A stretch of DNA of 64,000 bases from Alphaproteobacteria bacterium (GTDB taxonomy: Bacteria > Pseudomonadota > Alphaproteobacteria > MPNO01). The stretch lies in NCBI GenBank assembly GCA_965248835.1, contig CBDFLJ010000002.1, positions 32,001 to 96,000 of the forward strand, read 5' to 3'. Positions 30,606-41,260 of this stretch are shown here, one piece after another (the first letter of the stretch is position 1; the number at the start of each line of letters is the position of its first letter). Below the pieces are notes generated by a model. The model made no database searches. It was not told the origin of the DNA and saw nothing but the letters and a program-made list of their open reading frames with translations. Both the position numbers and the translations under genes were made by a program.

Positions 30606-30622
30606 GATGCAAATAACTCATC
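30606..30622. promoter_or_regulatory. LysR-type T-N11-A recognition site
   Basis: GATG-CAAATAACT-CATC dyad just upstream of the lysR start. Confidence 0.55.
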
Positions 30623-30641
30623 AGTAGGCCGGAGCGCCGCG

Positions 30642-31550
30642 ATGAGGCATCTGACGCCGTTGGTCTATATCGACCAGGTCGCCAAGGCCGGGTCGATCCG
30701 CAAGGCCGCCGAGACACTGGCGATCACGCCGTCCGCGCTCAACCGCCGGATTCTGGCGTTCGAGGACGAGCTCGGCGTGCCGATCTTCGAACGTCTGGCC
30801 CGCGGGGTGCGGCTGAACACGGCCGGCGAAGTCCTGGTCCAGCATATCCGCGGCCAGGTCGCGGATATGGCCCGGGTCCGCTCGCAGATCGCCGACCTGT
30901 CGGGCGTGCGCCGCGGACATGTGGCGATCGCCTGCAGCGAGGCCGTGCTGCGTTCTTTCCTGCCGCGCCAGATCGAGGCCTACCGCAGCGCATACCCGGG
31001 CGTGAGCTTCGCGGTGCTGCGCCGCGAGAGCGCTGCTGCCGAGCGTGCGCTGTCCGAGCACGCGGCCGACCTGGCGCTGGTCTTCGAGCCGCAGCGCTTC
31101 GTCGACTTCCAGACCATCATGACCATCGACCAGCCGGTGTTCGCCGTCATGGCGCCCGACCATCCGCTGGCCGGCCGCGACGTGCTGCGCTTGCACGATT
31201 GCCTCCAGTTCCCGCTGGCTTTGCCGCCGGCACCGGACGGCATCCGGTCCCTGCTGGAGGCGCTGGCCGCGCGCACCAACGCACGGCTCGATCTGGTTGT
31301 GCAATCCGACAGCCTCGAATTCCTGATCAATTCCGCCGCCGTGCATGGCACGGTCGCGTTCGGGCCTGCGGTCGGACTGCCGCGCGAAGGCGGTCCGACG
31401 GACCCGGTGTGTCGCCCGGTCGATCCGCGGGACATCCCGCCGCGCGTCCTCTATATGGGCCAGCTCCGTGACCGGGTGCTGCCGGTCGCCGCCGCGCGGT
31501 TCGCCGACCAACTCGCCGCGGCGTTCGTTGCCGAATACGATAGCGGCTGA
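30642..31550 (+). CDS. LysR family regulator
   Basis: GSIRKAAETLAITPSALNRRI..EDELG..IFER. Confidence 0.93.
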   Translation: MRHLTPLVYIDQVAKAGSIRKAAETLAITPSALNRRILAFEDELGVPIFERLARGVRLNTAGEVLVQHIRGQVADMARVRSQIADLSGVRRGHVAIACSEAVLRSFLPRQIEAYRSAYPGVSFAVLRRESAAAERALSEHAADLALVFEPQRFVDFQTIMTIDQPVFAVMAPDHPLAGRDVLRLHDCLQFPLALPPAPDGIRSLLEALAARTNARLDLVVQSDSLEFLINSAAVHGTVAFGPAVGLPREGGPTDPVCRPVDPRDIPPRVLYMGQLRDRVLPVAAARFADQLAAAFVAEYDSG

Positions 31551-31576
31551 TGATCGATCAATAGGAGGCGTCTGCG

Positions 31577-33928
31577 ATGAGCGAGGCACGAATCGGCAAG
31601 CCGGTCCGGCGCGAGGAGGATTTCAGGCTGCTGCGCGGCCGTGGGCGCTACGCCGACGACGTGAACGCGCCGGGTCAGGCGCGTGCCTATGTGCTGCGGT
31701 CACCGCACGCCCACGCCGAGGTCCGCGGCATCGAGGTCGGCGCTGCGCTGCAATCACAAGGCGTGCTGGCGGTGCTGACCGGCGAGGATCTCGCGGCGCG
31801 CAGGCTGGGCGCGCTTACGCCCGCCTTTGCCGGCATGCGCAGCGACGGCAGGCCGGGCTATGCCTGCTCGCAGCCGCTCCTGGCCCAGGGCCGGGTGCGG
31901 TTCGCGGGCGAGCCGGTCGCCTTCATCATCGCCGAGACCGTGGAGGCGGCCAAGGACGCGGCCGAGCGCATCGCGGTCGACTACACGCCTCTGCCCGCGG
32001 TCATCGGGGTCGACGACGCCCTGGCGCCCGGCGCCCCGGCGATCTGGCAGGACAACCCGGGCAACGAAGCCTACACCTACGAGGTCGGCGACGCGGCGGC
32101 GGCCGATGCTGCGATCGCGGGCGCGGCCCACGTCATCCGCCACCGGGTGTGCGTCAATCGGGTGACCGCCAACGCGCTTGAGACCCGCGGCTGCATCGGG
32201 CTCTACGACCCGGACGAAGACCGCTACACCCTGCGCGCCTCGGTCCAGTCGGTCCATGGCATCCGGGCTTCGATCGCCGGCCAGATCTTCGGCATTCCAC
32301 AGCACGCGCTCCGAGTGGTTTGCGACAACATGGGCGGCGGGTTCGGCACCAAGGGCGGCTGTTATCCTGAATACAGCCTGTCGCTGTGGGCCTCGGAGGT
32401 CGTCGGCCGACCGGTCAAGTGGATCGCCGAGCGGTCCGAGAGCCTGCTGTCGGACGAGCACGCGCGCGGCGGGCTGGTCGATGCAGAGCTCGCGCTGGAT
32501 GAGAACCACCGGTTCGTTGCGCTGCGCACCCACACCAAGGTCCCGATCGGGGCGTATTTCACCACCGACCGCAACATCCGCTCGGCGACCAGCGGGCTCG
32601 GCGGGCTCGCCGGCGTCTATGGCTTCAAGGCGATCCACGCCAAGGTGACCGGTGCCTTGACCAACATCATGACCAATGCCCAATACCGCGGCGGCGCCAA
32701 GCCCGAGCCGGCCTATGTCACCGAGGTGATGGTCGATGAGGCCGCGCGCCGGCTGGGAGTCGATGCCGCGGCCCTGCGCCGTGCCAATACCCTGGCCGCT
32801 GATGCCCTGCCCTACCGGACCTGCCTGGGCGATATCTACGACTGCGGCGACTTCCAGGGCAATTTCGAGGCTTGCCTGTCGGCCGCCGACCACGCCGGTT
32901 CCGCCACGCGCCGCGATGCGGCGCTGCGGCGCGGCAAGCTGATCGGGATCGGCACCTCGAACACGGTCACCGCGGTCGCCAGCACCAATTTCGAGCATGC
33001 CGAAATCCGGTTCGATAGCGCCGGCGGGATCACGCTCTTGTGCGGTGCGATGGACCATGGCCAGGGTCACGGCACCACCTTCAAGCAGGTGCTGGCCGAC
33101 AGGCTCGGCATCGATGCGGCGGGCATCCGCTACAAGTACGGCGACACCGATGCGGTGGCGGCCGGGGTGGGCACGTTCAACGCACGCTGCGCCGTCTTCG
33201 CCGGCTCGGCGGTCGCCATCGCCGCCGACAAGATCATCGCCAAGGGCAAGCGGATCGCCGCCCACCTGCTGGAAGCCGCCGAGGATGATATCGCCTATGC
33301 CGACGGCCGTTTCACCGTTGCCGGCACCGACCGTTCGATCGCCCTTGCCGAGGTCGCCGCGACCGCGTTTCAGAAGCCCAAGCTGCCGCCCGATGTCGAG
33401 CCCGGCCTTTATGAGCACGGCGAGTTCGGAATGGGGCAGGGCGATGCGCCGACCTATCCCAACGGCTGCCACCTGGCCGAAGTCGAGATCGACGCCGATA
33501 CCGGAAAGGTCGCGCTGGTCCGCTACTGTGCGGTCGATGATGCGGGCAACATCCTGAACCCGATCCTGTTCGACGGCCAGGTCCATGGCGGCATCGTCCA
33601 GGGGGCGGGCCAGGCGCTGATGGAGGATCTACATTACGATCCGGCCAGCGGACAATTGCTCACCGGTTCGTTCATGGACTATTCCATGCCGCGCGCCGAT
33701 GATTTCTGCGGCTTCGAGATTTCCGCCAACGTGGTGCCCACCAGCCGCAACCCGCTCGGGGTCAAGGGGGTCGGCGAATCGGGCACGGTGGGCGCCTTGC
33801 CCGCGGTGATGAACGCGGTCAATGACGCACTTCACCGCTTCGGCGCGCCGACGATCGAGATGCCGGCCACACCGGAGAAGGTCTGGCAGGCGATCGTCGC
33901 GGCCGGGGGCGGCGGCCCCGGGCACTGA
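31577..33928 (+). CDS. Xanthine dehydrogenase family molybdopterin-binding large subunit
   Basis: RREED.RLL.G.GRY.DD, GGGFGTK, loop QYRGGAKP and KGVGESG. Confidence 0.93.
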   Translation: MSEARIGKPVRREEDFRLLRGRGRYADDVNAPGQARAYVLRSPHAHAEVRGIEVGAALQSQGVLAVLTGEDLAARRLGALTPAFAGMRSDGRPGYACSQPLLAQGRVRFAGEPVAFIIAETVEAAKDAAERIAVDYTPLPAVIGVDDALAPGAPAIWQDNPGNEAYTYEVGDAAAADAAIAGAAHVIRHRVCVNRVTANALETRGCIGLYDPDEDRYTLRASVQSVHGIRASIAGQIFGIPQHALRVVCDNMGGGFGTKGGCYPEYSLSLWASEVVGRPVKWIAERSESLLSDEHARGGLVDAELALDENHRFVALRTHTKVPIGAYFTTDRNIRSATSGLGGLAGVYGFKAIHAKVTGALTNIMTNAQYRGGAKPEPAYVTEVMVDEAARRLGVDAAALRRANTLAADALPYRTCLGDIYDCGDFQGNFEACLSAADHAGSATRRDAALRRGKLIGIGTSNTVTAVASTNFEHAEIRFDSAGGITLLCGAMDHGQGHGTTFKQVLADRLGIDAAGIRYKYGDTDAVAAGVGTFNARCAVFAGSAVAIAADKIIAKGKRIAAHLLEAAEDDIAYADGRFTVAGTDRSIALAEVAATAFQKPKLPPDVEPGLYEHGEFGMGQGDAPTYPNGCHLAEVEIDADTGKVALVRYCAVDDAGNILNPILFDGQVHGGIVQGAGQALMEDLHYDPASGQLLTGSFMDYSMPRADDFCGFEISANVVPTSRNPLGVKGVGESGTVGALPAVMNAVNDALHRFGAPTIEMPATPEKVWQAIVAAGGGGPGH

Positions 33929-33944
33929 ACCGGCGCGGTCGCGC

Positions 33945-34898
33945 CTATGGCGCGGCGGTCCGGCGCCGCGAAAAGGTGCTGTAGTAAATGCCGATGCCGA
34001 TCACGCAGATGCCGACGATGTGATAGAGATGCAGAGTCTCGTCGAGCAGCGCGATCCCCATCACCACGCCATAGGCCGGGATGAGGTGCATATACGGCCC
34101 GGCGCGCCCGGGACCGATGAGCTTCACCGCGCGGTTCCACAAAAAGACCGCGGCGACCGAGTTGGTCAGCGCGAGCGCGAGGATGCTGAGCACGCTCACC
34201 CACCCCAGGGTCGTCGGCTTGAAGGCGAAATGCTCCACCAGATACAGCGGCAGACCGAACAGGCTTCCGAATCCGAGCAGAGCGACGACCATCACGCGCG
34301 GGTCGAGCTCGGCCGGCGCCAGTCTCAGCAGCACAGCGTAGAACGACCAGCACAAATAGGACCACAGGGCCAGCAGATCGCCGATATTGAGCTCGAGCGC
34401 GGCGAGACTGGCGAGGCTGCCCGACGAGATCAGGAACAGGACGCCGAACAGCGACAGGGCAATGCCGAATGCCTGGCGGCGGGTCACCGGATCGCGGAAG
34501 ATCAGCCAGGCCACGGCGAGAATGAGGATCGGCTCGGTCGAATTGAGCACGACGACGTTGATGACGAAGGTGAATTGAAGCGACAGAAACAGCATCGCGT
34601 TGCCGCCGATGACCAGGAGGAACGCCAGCAGAGCCAGTAGCGGCCAATGGCGCAGCACCAGGCGGGCCTGCATGCGGACCGGGCGCATGAATAGCGGCAG
34701 GATAATGAGAAAGCCGAGCAGGGTTCGCCAGAACGACAGCCCCATCGGCGGGACGTCCTCGCGCACGCCGCGGACGATGATGGCGGCAAGCGCGAAGAAG
34801 AATGCCGCCGCCGCCGCCGCAAACTGGGGCGACAGGACGATGCGCCGGCCGAGTTGAGCCGCGGCGTGCGACGGATACGGTTTCCCGCGCGCCTCCAT
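33945..34898 (-). CDS. DMT/EamA family transporter
   Basis: About 10 TM segments; NIGDL; LWNRAV..IGP.RA..Y..LIP. Confidence 0.85.
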   Translation of the reverse strand: MEARGKPYPSHAAAQLGRRIVLSPQFAAAAAAFFFALAAIIVRGVREDVPPMGLSFWRTLLGFLIILPLFMRPVRMQARLVLRHWPLLALLAFLLVIGGNAMLFLSLQFTFVINVVVLNSTEPILILAVAWLIFRDPVTRRQAFGIALSLFGVLFLISSGSLASLAALELNIGDLLALWSYLCWSFYAVLLRLAPAELDPRVMVVALLGFGSLFGLPLYLVEHFAFKPTTLGWVSVLSILALALTNSVAAVFLWNRAVKLIGPGRAGPYMHLIPAYGVVMGIALLDETLHLYHIVGICVIGIGIYYSTFSRRRTAAP

Positions 34899-35044
34899 TT
34901 TTTGCGGCTCCCGATATTGCCCCGCAAGACCTTGGTAGTGGACCGGCCGGCCGCGGTCCAGTTTTCCGATCTGCCCGGGCGGGCGCTTACAGGCCGGACC
35001 GCATCGGCTAGAATGGCCTGTCGATCGCGCCGAGGGAGGTTGCC

Positions 35045-35836
35045 ATGCTCGTCGAACAGATTTGGACCGAGAACGATTATCGGAATTTCAATTACCTGAT
35101 CGCCTGTCCCGATACCGGCGAAGCGCTGGCCATCGACCCGCTCGCGTACCAACGGGTCCTGGCGGCCGCCAAAGACAAGGGATGGCAGGTCACGCAGATC
35201 CTCAATACCCATCATCATCACGACCACACCGGCGGCAACCAGGGCATGGTCGAGGCCACAGGCGCCAAGATCCTCGCCCACAGGAACGCCAAGGACCAGA
35301 TCCCGGACATGGATGTCGGACTCGACGCCGGCGACGTGGTCAAGGTCGGCAGGACCGTCGAGCTCGAAGCGATGGACACGCCGGGCCACACGATGAGCCA
35401 TATCTGTCTGCGCTCGCGCACCGATACGCCGGCCATATTCTGTGGCGACACCCTGTTCAACGCCGGCGCCGGTCATTGCAAGGGCGGCGGCCATCCCGAT
35501 TCGCTCTATGCCACCTTCGCCGGCCAACTCTCGAAGCTGCCCGATGAGACCCTCATCTACCCCGGACACGATTACATCGTGAACAATCTGAACTTCACCC
35601 TCGACCGGGAACCGGACAACCAGCGCGCCAAGGACCTTAAGGCGGAGATCCAGGGCCAGGACATCCACGACGCCCTGGTGACCACGTTGGGCCTCGAAAA
35701 GGAGATCAACACCTTCTTCCGCCTCCAGAGTCCCTCGGTGATCGCCAAGCTGCGCGAAGCCTTTGACGACCTGCCCGAACAGTTGGACGACAGGACGGTC
35801 TTCCTGAAGCTGCGCGAGCTGCGCAACGTCTGGTAG
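35045..35836 (+). CDS. gloB: Hydroxyacylglutathione hydrolase (glyoxalase II)
   Basis: THHHHDHTGG, TPGHT, GDTLF, PGHDY and EKEINTF. Confidence 0.88.
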   Translation: MLVEQIWTENDYRNFNYLIACPDTGEALAIDPLAYQRVLAAAKDKGWQVTQILNTHHHHDHTGGNQGMVEATGAKILAHRNAKDQIPDMDVGLDAGDVVKVGRTVELEAMDTPGHTMSHICLRSRTDTPAIFCGDTLFNAGAGHCKGGGHPDSLYATFAGQLSKLPDETLIYPGHDYIVNNLNFTLDREPDNQRAKDLKAEIQGQDIHDALVTTLGLEKEINTFFRLQSPSVIAKLREAFDDLPEQLDDRTVFLKLRELRNVW

Positions 35837-35888
35837 GCGGGCGCTTCCGTAACCGGTCCGCGGCGGCCGCAAAAGGCGGGGAGCCCCG

Positions 35889-37136
35889 ATGGAGAACGAT
35901 CAAGCGCTCGTCGACTGGCCCGAGGACGGCGTCACCCGGGCGCCCTATGTCGTGTTTTCCGATCCGGCGGTCTACGAGGCCGAGATGGCCCGGATCTTTC
36001 GCGGCCGCGTCTGGCATTATCTCGGCCTGGAGGTCGAGATCTCGAACCGCGGCGACTACCGGCTGATCGAGGTCGGCGAGACGCCGGTCATCGTTCTGCG
36101 CAACCAGGCCGGCGGGATCACCGCCCTGGTCAACCGCTGCGCGCACAAGGGAACGATGCTGCTCTACGAGCCCTTCGGCACCGTCAACGCGTTGATGTGC
36201 ATCTACCACAACTGGACTTACGACCTCGACGGCGCGCTGCAGTCGATCCCGTTCGACAAGGGGATCGGCGGCAGGGGCGGCATGCCCGAGAGCTTCTGCA
36301 AGGCCAATCACGGGCTCGACCGGCTGCGGGTCGAGACCATCAACGGCCTGATCTTCGGCACCTTCAGCGATGAGGTCGAGACTCTGGCCGACTATCTGGG
36401 TCCGCAGGTCGTCGACAGCATCGGCCGTATCGCGGGCCGGGAATTCCGCGTGCTGGGCTATTACAGCCAGTTTCTGTCGTCGAACTGGAAGCTTTACTGC
36501 GAGAACGCCACCGATCCCTATCACGCGACGATCCTCCACGCCTGGGCGACCAAGCTGAACCTCAACCGGTTCACCATGGAAGGCGCGATCGAGATGGGGC
36601 ACGGCGGCTGGCACCAGTTGAGCTGGTCCAAGATGGCCACCGACAAGGGCGGCGAAGTCTACGACACGCCGGCCTTCCGGTCCGGGTCCGACCCGTTTGA
36701 CGCGTTCGGCCTGCACGACGCCTCGGTGATCGAGCAATGGGACGACTACGGCGACGGGGCGACGACCTATATCCAGACCGTCTTTCCCAACTTCGTCCTC
36801 CAGCAGATCCACAACACGCTGGCCACGCGCTACATCGTGCCGCGCGGACCCGAGGCCTCGGAGCTGTTCTGGACGATCCTGGGCTACGCCGATGACGACG
36901 AGGAGAAGACGCGCATCCGCCTCAAGCAGGGCAATCTCATCGGGCCGTCGGGCTACATTTCCCTGGAAGATGGAATGGTCGGCGGTCTGGTGCAGCGCGG
37001 CATCACCGGTTCCGGCGACAAGGCCTCGGTGATGGAGATGGGCGGGCGGTCGATCGAGACCATCCGCAACTCGCGCGCCTCCGAATGCGGCGTGCGCGGG
37101 CTGTGGACCGCCTATCGAACGCTGATGGCGCTATAG
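35889..37136 (+). CDS. Rieske ring-hydroxylating oxygenase alpha subunit
   Basis: CAH...CIYH; NWKLYCEN..DPYHATILH; GPSGYISLEDG. Confidence 0.9.
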   Translation: MENDQALVDWPEDGVTRAPYVVFSDPAVYEAEMARIFRGRVWHYLGLEVEISNRGDYRLIEVGETPVIVLRNQAGGITALVNRCAHKGTMLLYEPFGTVNALMCIYHNWTYDLDGALQSIPFDKGIGGRGGMPESFCKANHGLDRLRVETINGLIFGTFSDEVETLADYLGPQVVDSIGRIAGREFRVLGYYSQFLSSNWKLYCENATDPYHATILHAWATKLNLNRFTMEGAIEMGHGGWHQLSWSKMATDKGGEVYDTPAFRSGSDPFDAFGLHDASVIEQWDDYGDGATTYIQTVFPNFVLQQIHNTLATRYIVPRGPEASELFWTILGYADDDEEKTRIRLKQGNLIGPSGYISLEDGMVGGLVQRGITGSGDKASVMEMGGRSIETIRNSRASECGVRGLWTAYRTLMAL

Positions 37137-37151
37137 CCAGGCATTGCGCGG

Positions 37152-38567
37152 CTATAGCACCGCCGCGGCTTGCGCCTCGATGGCGGTGCCCTTGAAGAAA
37201 TCCGGGTTGGCCTCGGCGTGGAGCCTGACGACGTTGTCGAACGTGAAGGCGCGGAAGTCGGCCTCGCTCAACGTCTCGTCCTCCAGGAACTCGTAAGCCT
37301 CGGGCAGCACCCTGGCGGCATCGACGACATCCCAATGGCCGATGTCGGAGCTGTAGAAGGCGTGCAGCCTGTCGCCCCGGTTGATCGCCGGGTCGAAGCC
37401 CACCGGCACCATCGCGTCGTCGGCCTCGCAGCCGAAGAAGAAATGGGGGACGAACAGGTCGCGGATGTCGTCGGCGGTCTCGATCCCGCAGGCGGCGAAC
37501 TCGTCGAGCTCGGCCTCGCTCATCTCCAGGTCGTTGGCGCGGAACGGCGTCCCGGTGCGGATGCGCTCGGCCGTGAGGTGGCCGTTGCCGTATCTCTCGA
37601 ACATCCGCTCGGCCAGGTCCTGGTCGAACTTGCGCGGATCGAGATTGGCCAGGAGCGCCGCCAGATTGCGCTTCTCCCAATGCCCGACGAGGTCGTTGTA
37701 GAGCGCGCTGCCCCAGCCGACGCCCCCTTCCAGCAGTCCGAACTTGAGTTCGGGGAAGCGCCTGGTGACGCCGCCCATGAAAAGTGACCGGGTGAAGAAC
37801 TCCGCGCCCGAGGCAAAGGCGCCCAGATGGTTGAAGACGAAGTTGCTCTCGGAGCGTCGTGTCGAGCCGCCCCCCATGGTCTTGGTGTGGCAGGTGGGCG
37901 AGACCTTGAGCTCGACGCAGCGCCGCCAGAACGGGTCGAAGTCGTGTGGCGCATCAAGCGCCAGCGACCACACCCGTTCGGTGTGATGGGCAAGGGACGG
38001 CGCGCCGGCGGCCACTTCGGGGACCGCGTCGCGGATCTCGGTCCCCAGCATGACCACCTTGAGGCCGAGCGTGAGAACCGCGTGTTCGAGTTCGACGATC
38101 GCCTCTTCCGGCGTGCGGCAGGGGATGACCGCGGCCGGTGTCATGCGCTCGGCGTAGGGCGCGTAGAACGCCGCGCTCATCTCGTTATGGGCCCGGCATG
38201 CCGCCTGGCGCAGCTCCGCGTCACGAAAGTACGGCGCGATCAGACCCAGGCTCGGAAAGAGGATCGCGAAGTCGTGGCCGAACTCCGGCAGTCGCTCGTG
38301 ATAAAGCCCGGGCAGCATCGCGGTCACGGTATCGATCGAATGCTCGGCCGAGGGCCGGGTCCACCAGACATCGCGGTAGGTCTTGCTCTGCGGACCCCAC
38401 ATCGCGGCGCGGTAGGCCTCGACCACGCCGGGCCCGCCGGCCTGCTTGAGGAAGTCGAGCAGGGCCGGCACGAATTCCAGGATATGTCCGTCGGCATCGA
38501 TCACCGGGTGATCGAGACGTGCGCGGACCTGCGCCCCGGTCAGCTCTTGCGCGTGGGTGCCGTCCAT
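37152..38567 (-). CDS. Amidohydrolase_2 family protein
   Basis: IDADGH, LEGGVGW, GCEADD and SSDIGHWD. Confidence 0.85.
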   Translation of the reverse strand: MDGTHAQELTGAQVRARLDHPVIDADGHILEFVPALLDFLKQAGGPGVVEAYRAAMWGPQSKTYRDVWWTRPSAEHSIDTVTAMLPGLYHERLPEFGHDFAILFPSLGLIAPYFRDAELRQAACRAHNEMSAAFYAPYAERMTPAAVIPCRTPEEAIVELEHAVLTLGLKVVMLGTEIRDAVPEVAAGAPSLAHHTERVWSLALDAPHDFDPFWRRCVELKVSPTCHTKTMGGGSTRRSESNFVFNHLGAFASGAEFFTRSLFMGGVTRRFPELKFGLLEGGVGWGSALYNDLVGHWEKRNLAALLANLDPRKFDQDLAERMFERYGNGHLTAERIRTGTPFRANDLEMSEAELDEFAACGIETADDIRDLFVPHFFFGCEADDAMVPVGFDPAINRGDRLHAFYSSDIGHWDVVDAARVLPEAYEFLEDETLSEADFRAFTFDNVVRLHAEANPDFFKGTAIEAQAAAVL

Positions 38568-38698
38568 ATCCGTTGCCTCACGATCGGTGTCCGGGTCGGC
38601 CGATTATCGCCGTTCTGACGGCCCGGTCCATCGTCATCGGGACGCGGTCCGGCGCCTGGCCGGCGCGGCGGGTCGCGCTCCGCGGCCGCGCCGGTGTC

Positions 38699-39643
38699 TC
38701 AGATCGCGGTCATCGCCGGCGTAGCGCGCAGCCCGGACCGCTCGACCGTAAGCGGGATCGCGCCCGGCCCGATCGGCGCCATGAGATGCACGCCGGCGAC
38801 CCCTCGGGTCTGTTCGAGTTGCTGCATCAACTCGGCGCAGATCTCGATGCCCTCGGCCTGTTGATCGGCCGCCTGCTCCAGGCGCGCTATGATCTCGTCG
38901 GGGACCGCCACCCCCCAGAGGTTGTCGCGCATCCAGCAGGCCGAGCGGGCCGAGGCGAGCGGGCCGAGGCCAATGAGCAGGAAGACGCGGTCGGTCAGCC
39001 CGACTTCTTCCAGGCGCGCGACATAACGGCGCACGATGCCGATATCGAAGCAGAGCTGGGTCTGCACGAACTGGGCGCCGGCCTCGATCTTGCGCAGCAG
39101 CCCGGTGGGGCGCCAGTCGGGCGCCGGGTCGACCGGCGTTTCGGCGGCGCCGATGAACAGCCGGGCCGGCGAGACGATGGCCCGGCCGGAGGCCAGTGCC
39201 TGCCCGTCGCGCATCTTGGCGGCCAGGTAGATCAGATCCCTGCTCTCGATGTCAAAGACCGCCTTGGGGGTCGGAAGCTCGCGCGGGTCCGGGTCGTCGC
39301 CGCGCAGGATCAGCACGTTGCGCACGCCCAGCGCCGAGGCGCCCAGCAGGTCGCCCTGCAAGGCGACCCGGTTGCGGTCCCGGCAGGTGAGCTGCAGGAT
39401 CGTCTCGAAGCCCCGGCCGGCGAGGATCGCCGCCCCGGCAAGTCCCGACAGGTGCACCATCGCGCGCGGCCCGTCGGTGAGGTTGAGCGCATCGACCGCC
39501 CCGCGCAGCGGTTCGGCCAGCGCGATCAACTCGTCCGGCGCGCCGGAGACCGGTGGGGTGATCTCGGCGGTGATGGCGAACGTGCCGTCCAGCAATGTCC
39601 TGGCGAGGCGCGAGTCGATCGCGGTTGTCGGATTGGTCTTCAT
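38699..39643 (-). CDS. metF: Methylenetetrahydrofolate reductase family
   Basis: AEITPP, TCRDRNR, LRGD and KIEAGAQFVQTQ. Confidence 0.88.
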   Translation of the reverse strand: MKTNPTTAIDSRLARTLLDGTFAITAEITPPVSGAPDELIALAEPLRGAVDALNLTDGPRAMVHLSGLAGAAILAGRGFETILQLTCRDRNRVALQGDLLGASALGVRNVLILRGDDPDPRELPTPKAVFDIESRDLIYLAAKMRDGQALASGRAIVSPARLFIGAAETPVDPAPDWRPTGLLRKIEAGAQFVQTQLCFDIGIVRRYVARLEEVGLTDRVFLLIGLGPLASARSACWMRDNLWGVAVPDEIIARLEQAADQQAEGIEICAELMQQLEQTRGVAGVHLMAPIGPGAIPLTVERSGLRATPAMTAI

Positions 39644-39647
39644 CCCG

Positions 39648-41048
39648 TCATGCCCGCTTTCTCGAGACCACAAAGGATTCGTCGTAGAACCATAACCCGC
39701 CGTGCCGATTCAGCGTCTCCCGGGTCGCGTCGAGATAGCGGCCGTCGGTAATGACGTCCTCCAGCCGCTCGTCCTCGATCTGGGCGACGTAGATCGCCGC
39801 GTTCCAGGCCGCGAACAGCGTCGAGGTCCCGATGCTGCGCCCGCCCAACTCGCTTGGCAGAGTGTGCATGTCGTAGCGGAAAATCGATCGCTTGTCGGCA
39901 TAGGCGTTGCAGTTGAGATCCCTGCCCGCGCGCCCGAGCTCTTCCTTGAGCGCCTTCATCAGATCGTGGCGGTTGGTGCGGAAGGGGTCCTCGCCCGGCC
40001 AGACCCTTCGGATGATCTCCATCCCCGGGTCGCCGCCGCAGGAGTGGATCCCCAACAGCCGTCCGCCGGGGGCGAGACTCCTGGCAAGCGGCGCCACGAT
40101 CTTCCTCGCCTTGAACGCGACCGGCATGCGCGCACGGTAGGGTTGGGAGGCGATGACCAAATCGTAGTCGGCGCCCGCCTGTCCAGGTCGCGGGATGACC
40201 CGATCGAGCAGGAACTTGTGATCCTCGCGGTAGATCACCAGCACCGAGGGTCTGACATAGAGCGGGTTGCCGGTCTTGGCGCTGGGCTTGACCTGCCAGG
40301 TCTCGCCGAGCGCGGGCTGCAGCGCGGTAATCTGTTCGTGGAACTCGTGGGCGGAATCGCCGGCCAGCGGAACCTCGATCCAGTTGAGTGCGGCCGCGGT
40401 CTCCATCGAGCGCGGCATCAGCCGGGGCGCCTCGGTGTAGTATAGGTTGGTGATCACCAGGACGGTCGCCGGGTGCTCGTGGAACCGGTCGGGCATCTTC
40501 TCCAGGCCAAGGCGGACATCCTCCAGGCTGATCTCCTTGCCGACGATATAGAACGGCAAGGTGCGGAACCGCCGGTGCATCCGGCGCATCACCCCGGTGA
40601 GCACCGTGCCGTCGCCCATCCCGGCGTCGAAGATCCTCACGGCCGGCGGCTGGGGGTGGACATGGGCGAGCTCCATGCCGGCCCTTTCGGCGACCACCCG
40701 CTTTTCGCTGCAGGTGTTGACGAACATCAGGTACTTCTGCCGGTTGTCATAGAACCGGAAAGCGGTGCGGCTGTCCGCGCCGGCCGCGCCCGCGGTTGGC
40801 GGCGCTTCGACCCGCTCCCCGGCCCGCTCAGGGCCGCCGCCCTGGGGGGCGCTCGGGCCGCTCGACGCGCCGTCGGACAGGAAGCGGCGGACGCGCGCCA
40901 CGGTCGCGGTCGTCACCCCCTTGCCCTGGCGCAGCCGGCCGACGAACTTGCCGTCATTGACCACCCGGCGGCCGAACGTGGTCTCCGCCATGCCGGCACC
41001 GCGGCAGAAGTTCTCGATCTCGAGGATCAGGTCTCGATGTGTGTCCAT
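39648..41048 (-). CDS. Hypothetical protein: N-terminal HTH-like domain plus SAM-methyltransferase-like domain
   Basis: N-term MAETTFGRRVVNDGKFV.RLR.G..T..T..RVR; low-complexity linker; FDAGMGDG motif I; YDLVIASQ; LAPGGRL. Confidence 0.75.
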   Translation of the reverse strand: MDTHRDLILEIENFCRGAGMAETTFGRRVVNDGKFVGRLRQGKGVTTATVARVRRFLSDGASSGPSAPQGGGPERAGERVEAPPTAGAAGADSRTAFRFYDNRQKYLMFVNTCSEKRVVAERAGMELAHVHPQPPAVRIFDAGMGDGTVLTGVMRRMHRRFRTLPFYIVGKEISLEDVRLGLEKMPDRFHEHPATVLVITNLYYTEAPRLMPRSMETAAALNWIEVPLAGDSAHEFHEQITALQPALGETWQVKPSAKTGNPLYVRPSVLVIYREDHKFLLDRVIPRPGQAGADYDLVIASQPYRARMPVAFKARKIVAPLARSLAPGGRLLGIHSCGGDPGMEIIRRVWPGEDPFRTNRHDLMKALKEELGRAGRDLNCNAYADKRSIFRYDMHTLPSELGGRSIGTSTLFAAWNAAIYVAQIEDERLEDVITDGRYLDATRETLNRHGGLWFYDESFVVSRKRA

Positions 41049-41081
41049 TCGGCGATCCCGCCTCGGATCCGACGCCTCCCA

Positions 41082-41184
41082 TCATGATATATCCAAATTT
41101 CTATAAATTTCAATATTGGGATATATCCCAAGAAGCAATATTTTTCAACTCGATAAAATGTATCATATATGGGATATGTCCCAA
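41082..41184. promoter_or_regulatory. Three related operator-like palindromes
   Basis: Perfect TTGGGATATATCCCAA (41116-41131), ATGGGATATGTCCCAA (41169-41184) and TCATGATATATCCAAA (41082-41097) in an AT-rich divergent intergenic region. Confidence 0.75.
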
Positions 41185-41220
41185 TTACCGTGCGTATGGC
41201 GACCGATTTCGCGGCGTCGA

Positions 41221-41260
41221 CGCGGACAGGCGGACACAGGTGGGCACAGGCGGACACATA
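41221..41260 (+). repeat. Four imperfect 10-bp tandem repeats
   Basis: CGCGGACAGG CGGACACAGG TGGGCACAGG CGGACACATA. Confidence 0.7.
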
